Assembly (NCBI GenBank): GCA_964270895.1
Contig: OZ185439.1
Direction: 5' to 3' (one strand)
From: Podarcis filfolensis
Taxonomy: Eukaryota
Length of the DNA: 64,000 bases
Below, one piece after another: positions 59,114-64,000 of the stretch (position 1 is the stretch's first letter; every line of letters begins with the position of its first letter). The notes beneath the pieces were generated by a model that ran no database searches, had not been told where the DNA came from, and was given only the letters and a program-made list of their open reading frames with translations. The translations under genes and the position numbers were made by a program.

Positions 59114-61717
59114 TATGTTCCTTCTGTATTGGAAGTTGATTGTGGTAGAAACTCTTTATTGAGAAGCCTGCAGGTGGAAGCTGCTAAAGGAGTAGTTTCT
59201 CATAACTGATTTAATTATTGATTTTAATTGCATAATTAACCTTCTCAGAGCATTTAGTCTAGATTATTGTCCATTATTTTGGACTTATTTCACCTAATTA
59301 TTGCCCCTTCCTCAGCCAGCCAGCTTGAGGAATTAATATCTTACCTGTGGGATCTTGCCACCTCCCCCTAGAGGCCAGTGCATACGTAACATTTGAGATT
59401 ATTTTTAAATATGGTAAAGAAATTGCAAGTGGACTAGAAGATGCTCTTAGCTCATTTCTCTCCACCACCCCATTCCCCTAATCTATCTTAATCTGTTTTC
59501 AGTGTTGAGAGTCACCACTACCTTTAGTGATTAATGCCAACTAGAATTTTACACTTAGCCTTAGTTATGGTTAAAGTTGAAGTCTTCCGCTGCTTAGACA
59601 TATTTATCTGAATACCTCTGTTTTGAAGAAGATTTGCTCACTAGCACCTGGATGGACTTTCTGCCAGCAGTAATCCAGTTGTCTCCATGGCTGCTCAGAA
59701 GTTCCTGTGGTTCCCCCTTCCTTTCTCCTGCTGCTGGACTATGGGCAAAAAAAGCCAGTCTGGCTTGTCATGTCATCTGAACCTGGGTCATGGTTTGTTT
59801 CCAAACAAGCAACAAACAGTAACCAAGGTTTGTTCTTGTCTTATCATTTGGGGGGGGGGGAGCACCATAGGGACTTTTGAGCATTATGCACCAACATGCT
59901 GCTCATTCATGTTAAGTCATAGTTTTTTATTTAAGCTATGGTTTATTTAAACTATGGTTTAGTGTGACACGTGGACTGGGCTGCTGAGTCAGAGAACATA
60001 CATTTGATGTCCAGATTTACATGCAGCCTTGCATGACTTAGCATTAACTTCTTTGCCTGTAACTGTGTGTTGGCATTTCATATATGTTTCATTTTATTTT
60101 TAACACTCTCCTAAAAAAAGAGAGGTGACAAACAGCATTGTGGATGCAGAAGGGATTTTCTGCATTTTGAAAATCACCTGGGAAGGCCTTTTGTTTCCTT
60201 TTAAAAATCTGCACAAAGTCTATAGTTCTCTTTCTTCTGCTTCTTCTCTTCTGAAACTTTGACCCTAGACAGGAGGTAGAATAAATCTGATAATTTTCCG
60301 TTCATTCAGGAGTTGAATGCTGACATTAGGAACTGACACGATATGCAGTATAAAGGGATGGATTTGGTAGAGCACCTTTGGGAGAGATGTTTGGCTGCCG
60401 CCTTTTTTTCTGCTTTGAGAAGTGGGGCATCAGTAAGAGTTAAAAGTCCTGGAGCTGGAGTTGCCCCTGATTTTTCAGAAAATAGGCATATAAACCCCCA
60501 TCTCTAGAGTGCCATGAAGGACTTGGGAAAGTTGCATTTAGGGACTGGACCTGTGCACAATGCCTAATCTTTAACTATATTGTACCTCAATGGAGATAAT
60601 GATTTTTAGCACATCTTATACAATTTCAGCAGGGTGTTTCCATGTCTTTCTACCTGACCTGCTTTTGCCAAACAGTTATATAAGGTTTTGGCCTAGTAGT
60701 AAGAAGAGGCAAGCAGCAAATCCCATGAAGATGTTCTCTGTTCTGTTGGGCATTATACCACCAGCACCTGCCTTTGATGCCTTTGATGCATAACCTTGTG
60801 CAAAACTTCTTGCCTTTCTTTTTTTTCACTTTCTTGAATTTCTCCCCTTTACCCCCACGTGGTTTGCAGCTTGTTCAAATACAAAGAATGAAGTATAATA
60901 GAGTCTTTTCTGTTAGCATCAGGTTTCCATGCTATCCTGAATGAATTGTGCAGCTTGGTGTGGGTTCTATAGCTAGATAGTCAGGAGGTGGATAGTGGCT
61001 GGCCAAATAGCATACCACTCTTCACAGGGGGGTTCTCACAAAGGGAACAGGACCCCAGCATTTCCCCCCTGCTGTAACAGACAGCTCAAAGCTCCTGCTG
61101 AGCACTGGAAGTGCCAGTTTGCAGACTGACCTGAGCTGTGTGAGCTGGAGAGCCATACCAATTTGCAGCCATCTTAATAGTAATAAAAAAAGATTGAGAA
61201 AACAGCTTAAAAGCAGGTTACTCCACTTTTTTCCTTTGGTTCCTTTTATCCCAGTGAGAGGAAATTGAGGGAGAGTAGTAATCTGGGCAATTAGACAAAA
61301 TGCCAGTGCTGTCAGTTGTGGACACGGCCTATAACTTTTGTACTGAGCTTCTAGTTTGCTCTTGCTTCCTAGTCTGGGGTACAGGTGGATGTTTTTGGGT
61401 CTTTTTTATATTAAGAGTTCAAATGGTAGCAGCCAGAGGAGGAGCCCCTTGAGAATGAATGAAGTACGGAATACATTTTTGTGCCCCTAAGTGGTGTAGT
61501 GTTTAGTCTCATGCCTTTCTCTTTCTGTCTCTTTCTTCTTTCTCTCCTGCTGAGTGTTCAGCAGTTGGGAGACCTGAAATTGCTCTCAGTGCTTCAGGGA
61601 ATGAGGATGCTAGGATATTTTGTGGCAACCTGCGACAATTCAGAAAAGCTGGTGATTTCCGCCCCCTTTGGAGATGCATAGATCACTGAGACTTTGCTGT
61701 TCTTTATAGCTGGGGTG

Positions 61718-61878
61718 TGTGGACGTAGCCAGGATTTATGTTAGGGGGACAGGCTTTATGTGGGGGTGGGTGGGACAGAACCAAGCTATCTACAACACGA
61801 TTGGTCAATTAAGTATTTTTATTTATTTACTTGATTGGGGTGCGGCAGATGCCACCCCACCCCCCGGCTATACCCATG
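61718..61878. mobile_element. Putative small TIR element
   Basis: Ends tggacgtagccagg / ccggctatacccatg are imperfect inverted repeats; no TSD visible. Confidence 0.45.
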
Positions 61879-61880
61879 CT

Positions 61881-62142
61881 AACCACCAACCTAGATGGCT
61901 TTAAAAAGGATTAGACAAATTCACGGAGGAGGAAGGTGTTAACATTATTAGCTATGATGGCTGAGCTGTGCATCCACAGCTGGAGGCAGTAATGCTTCTA
62001 AGTACCAATTGCCGGAAACCATAGGAAGGAAGAGTGTTCTTGTGTTCGAATCCTGCTTGCAGGTTTATCACAGGTATCTGGTTCTGTGATAACAGGTTGC
62101 TGGACTAGATGGACCTTATCCAGAAGACTTCTTATGTTCTTA
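61881..62142 (+). mobile_element. CR1-like LINE 3' end
   Basis: accaacctagatggctttaaaaaggattagacaaattcacggagga (typical CR1 ORF2 end ..FK..LDKFME) through tggactagatgg..cttatgttctta. Confidence 0.75.
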
Positions 62143-62164
62143 CGTCCTGCACTGGCTACCTATT

Positions 62165-62360
62165 CTGAGCCCAGTTCAAGGCTGATGTTGACATACAAAG
62201 CCAAACACAGCTTGTGGCCTGATTATCTGAAGGAGCACATCTCCCCCTTGCATGTTGAGATCAGCAGTGGAGACGTTTCTGTCATCCATCACTGGGTGAG
62301 GTGCATAGTGTGGTGACATGGAATAGGATCTTCTTGGTGGTAGTGTCCTGTCTCGGCAGT
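62165..62360 (+). mobile_element. Old L2-like remnant
   Basis: cagttcaaggctgatgttgacatacaaagcc..cctgattatctgaaggagcacatctcc resembles L2 FK.L.L.YKAL..LGP.YLKE.L. Confidence 0.45.
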
Positions 62361-63832
62361 AGTCTTCCCTATGAGGTACATCTGACACCATCATTGTTCC
62401 TCTTTTCGTTCCAATTGCAATACATACCATTTTTTCTGGGCTAATATTGGTTGTCCAGTTACTGTACAAATTTTATTTTATGTTACTGTTTCTTGCTTGT
62501 TACATATTAGTGTGGTGTTACTGTTGTTTGGGTGGTGTATATTGCATGTTACAGTTTATACTGTATTGCTGTTTTAAGTGTAACCCAAGTGTTCTCCATG
62601 CCAGAAGCTAGTAGAAGTAGGATCATTTTAAAATTAGAGTTCAGATTTTCAGGGTAGAGATTTTCAGATTCTCCACTAAAACTGAGCAGTCTGTGAATCA
62701 GACCTGCAGATAAACAGCCACAGGCAAATTGCACTTCTACAGACAGTTGTGTGGTGGAGCATTCCATGCGCTTGAGCCAGTGATCTCTGTCTGTGGAATT
62801 TCTTAAAGCTGAGCCAATGATCAAAGCATATTATAGCTGCTCATGTGAGAAGTGTCCAGTAAACCACCATCACAAAGACTCAGGGCAGCTGTCTTAGTCC
62901 TTAGCAGTGATTGCCTTGGATGGTGACATTCACCATGGAGGCTTAGTTACCTTGGAAACATGTTTTAACTGCATCTCTGCTCTGAAGAACCCATTTGAAG
63001 CTACTCTTCTGCCCTGATGCCTCTAAGTACAATATGGGCAGCAGACTCTTTCAAAGCTGGAGGCAGTGTGGCATATAGGGCATGCCCACAGTCCCCAAAG
63101 CACAATTCATTACACTAGCAAATGAAGCTATAAACACAAGACTAGGTATTAACACAGAGAAGCATGTTAATAGCATGAGGACAGTGGGTGTGTGCATGTC
63201 ACTGCAGCGGTGAGCTCATTAGTGCTCTAAATCTGAGGGCAAAATGTTATCTTCTAAATACAAGGATGAAATGTGTAGGTTTTTTAAAAAAGGAATTTGC
63301 AAAGAAGTTGTCTTTGGTTGTCATGGTTATATCTGTGATCACTAGACCGAGATGGAAATTGCTTCTCTGCCGTATTTGCTTGATTATGTTTTGGCCTAAG
63401 ATGAGTTTCTAAACATTTTATCTGTCTTTCTGTGATTAACCTGATGTACACAGACACCTGTAAAATAATACTAGTGTTATTGGATCATGTGGCCCTCACT
63501 ATCCTTCAGCTGTTTTCAATCATATCCAAAAGATGAGAGAGCCCCCCCTACCCTCAGTGCCATGATTGGTTCTTACTCCTCTCTTGTTCTATCATCTTCC
63601 CTGCAGTTATTGACTTGTGGCTGAAATCTGTTCCAAATGGATGAATATACTTTCACATGGGGCAGACTCCTCCCCCCCACCTTATCCTGCTTGTGTTTTT
63701 ATCCTACTAGTCATATTAACCTGGCCCACCCAATGCCCTCTTGACTAACTCATTAAACCTTCCACAACGTGCCTGATTTTTAACATTGTCTCATGACAGA
63801 GGATAATTTCTGAGCATTTCAAGTCTCCAGAT

Positions 63833-64000
63833 CATGGATAGGTAAACTACGGCCCAGGAGCCGGATCCAGCCCAATCGCCTTCTAAATCCGGCCCGTGAA
63901 CAGTCTGGGAATCAGTGTGTTTTTACATGAGCAGAATGTGTCCTTTTATTTAAAATGCATCTCTGTGTTACTTGTGGGGCCTGCCTGGTGTTTTTACATG
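63833..64000. mobile_element. Non-autonomous hAT element, left end, cut by the window end
   Basis: TIR-like catggataggtaaact followed by ggcccaggagccggatccagccc..ccggccc subterminal motifs; internal repeat gtgtttttacatg occurs twice. Confidence 0.7.

Noticed and set aside
54818-64000. ARMH3 exon 21 (expected ALINLLKFL...)
   Set aside because: Not found in the remaining 9.2 kb; presumed to lie beyond the window.

Overview
This is vertebrate genomic DNA from a squamate reptile, probably a lacertid lizard, judging from its Sauria-type and Squam3-like SINEs. No prokaryotic-type systems (CRISPR, operons) and no rRNA or true tRNA genes are present. Two protein-coding genes lie head-to-head, each with its own CpG-rich promoter. 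HPS6 (BLOC-2 subunit) is on the minus strand with an uninterrupted CDS at 9210..6763 (815 aa). ARMH3/C10orf76 is on the plus strand, with a putative non-coding exon 1 ending at 12300 and 19 coding exons traced from 18830 to 54817 (1498 nt, all GT-AG, phases consistent). The next ARMH3 exon was not found, so the gene continues beyond the window. The introns hold many mobile elements. These include two different RTE-X-like LINEs, one a young 2.84-kb 5'-truncated copy with a 12-bp TSD and an unbroken 901-codon frame, plus L1, L2 and CR1 remnants, SINEs, and hAT and Tc1/mariner-pogo MITEs with three nested insertions. I cannot support a wholly new biological system from sequence alone. The best leads are the intact-RT LINE with its sense poly(A) signal just upstream of an ARMH3 exon, a candidate poison micro-exon in ARMH3, an inverted near-identical MITE pair, a possible HPS6 5'-UTR intron or overlapping uORF, an ARMH3 5'-UTR cassette exon with a uORF, and an antisense LTR/promoter-like module near 57.6-58.0 kb. 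Gene identities and repeat family names come from recalled homology, not database searches.
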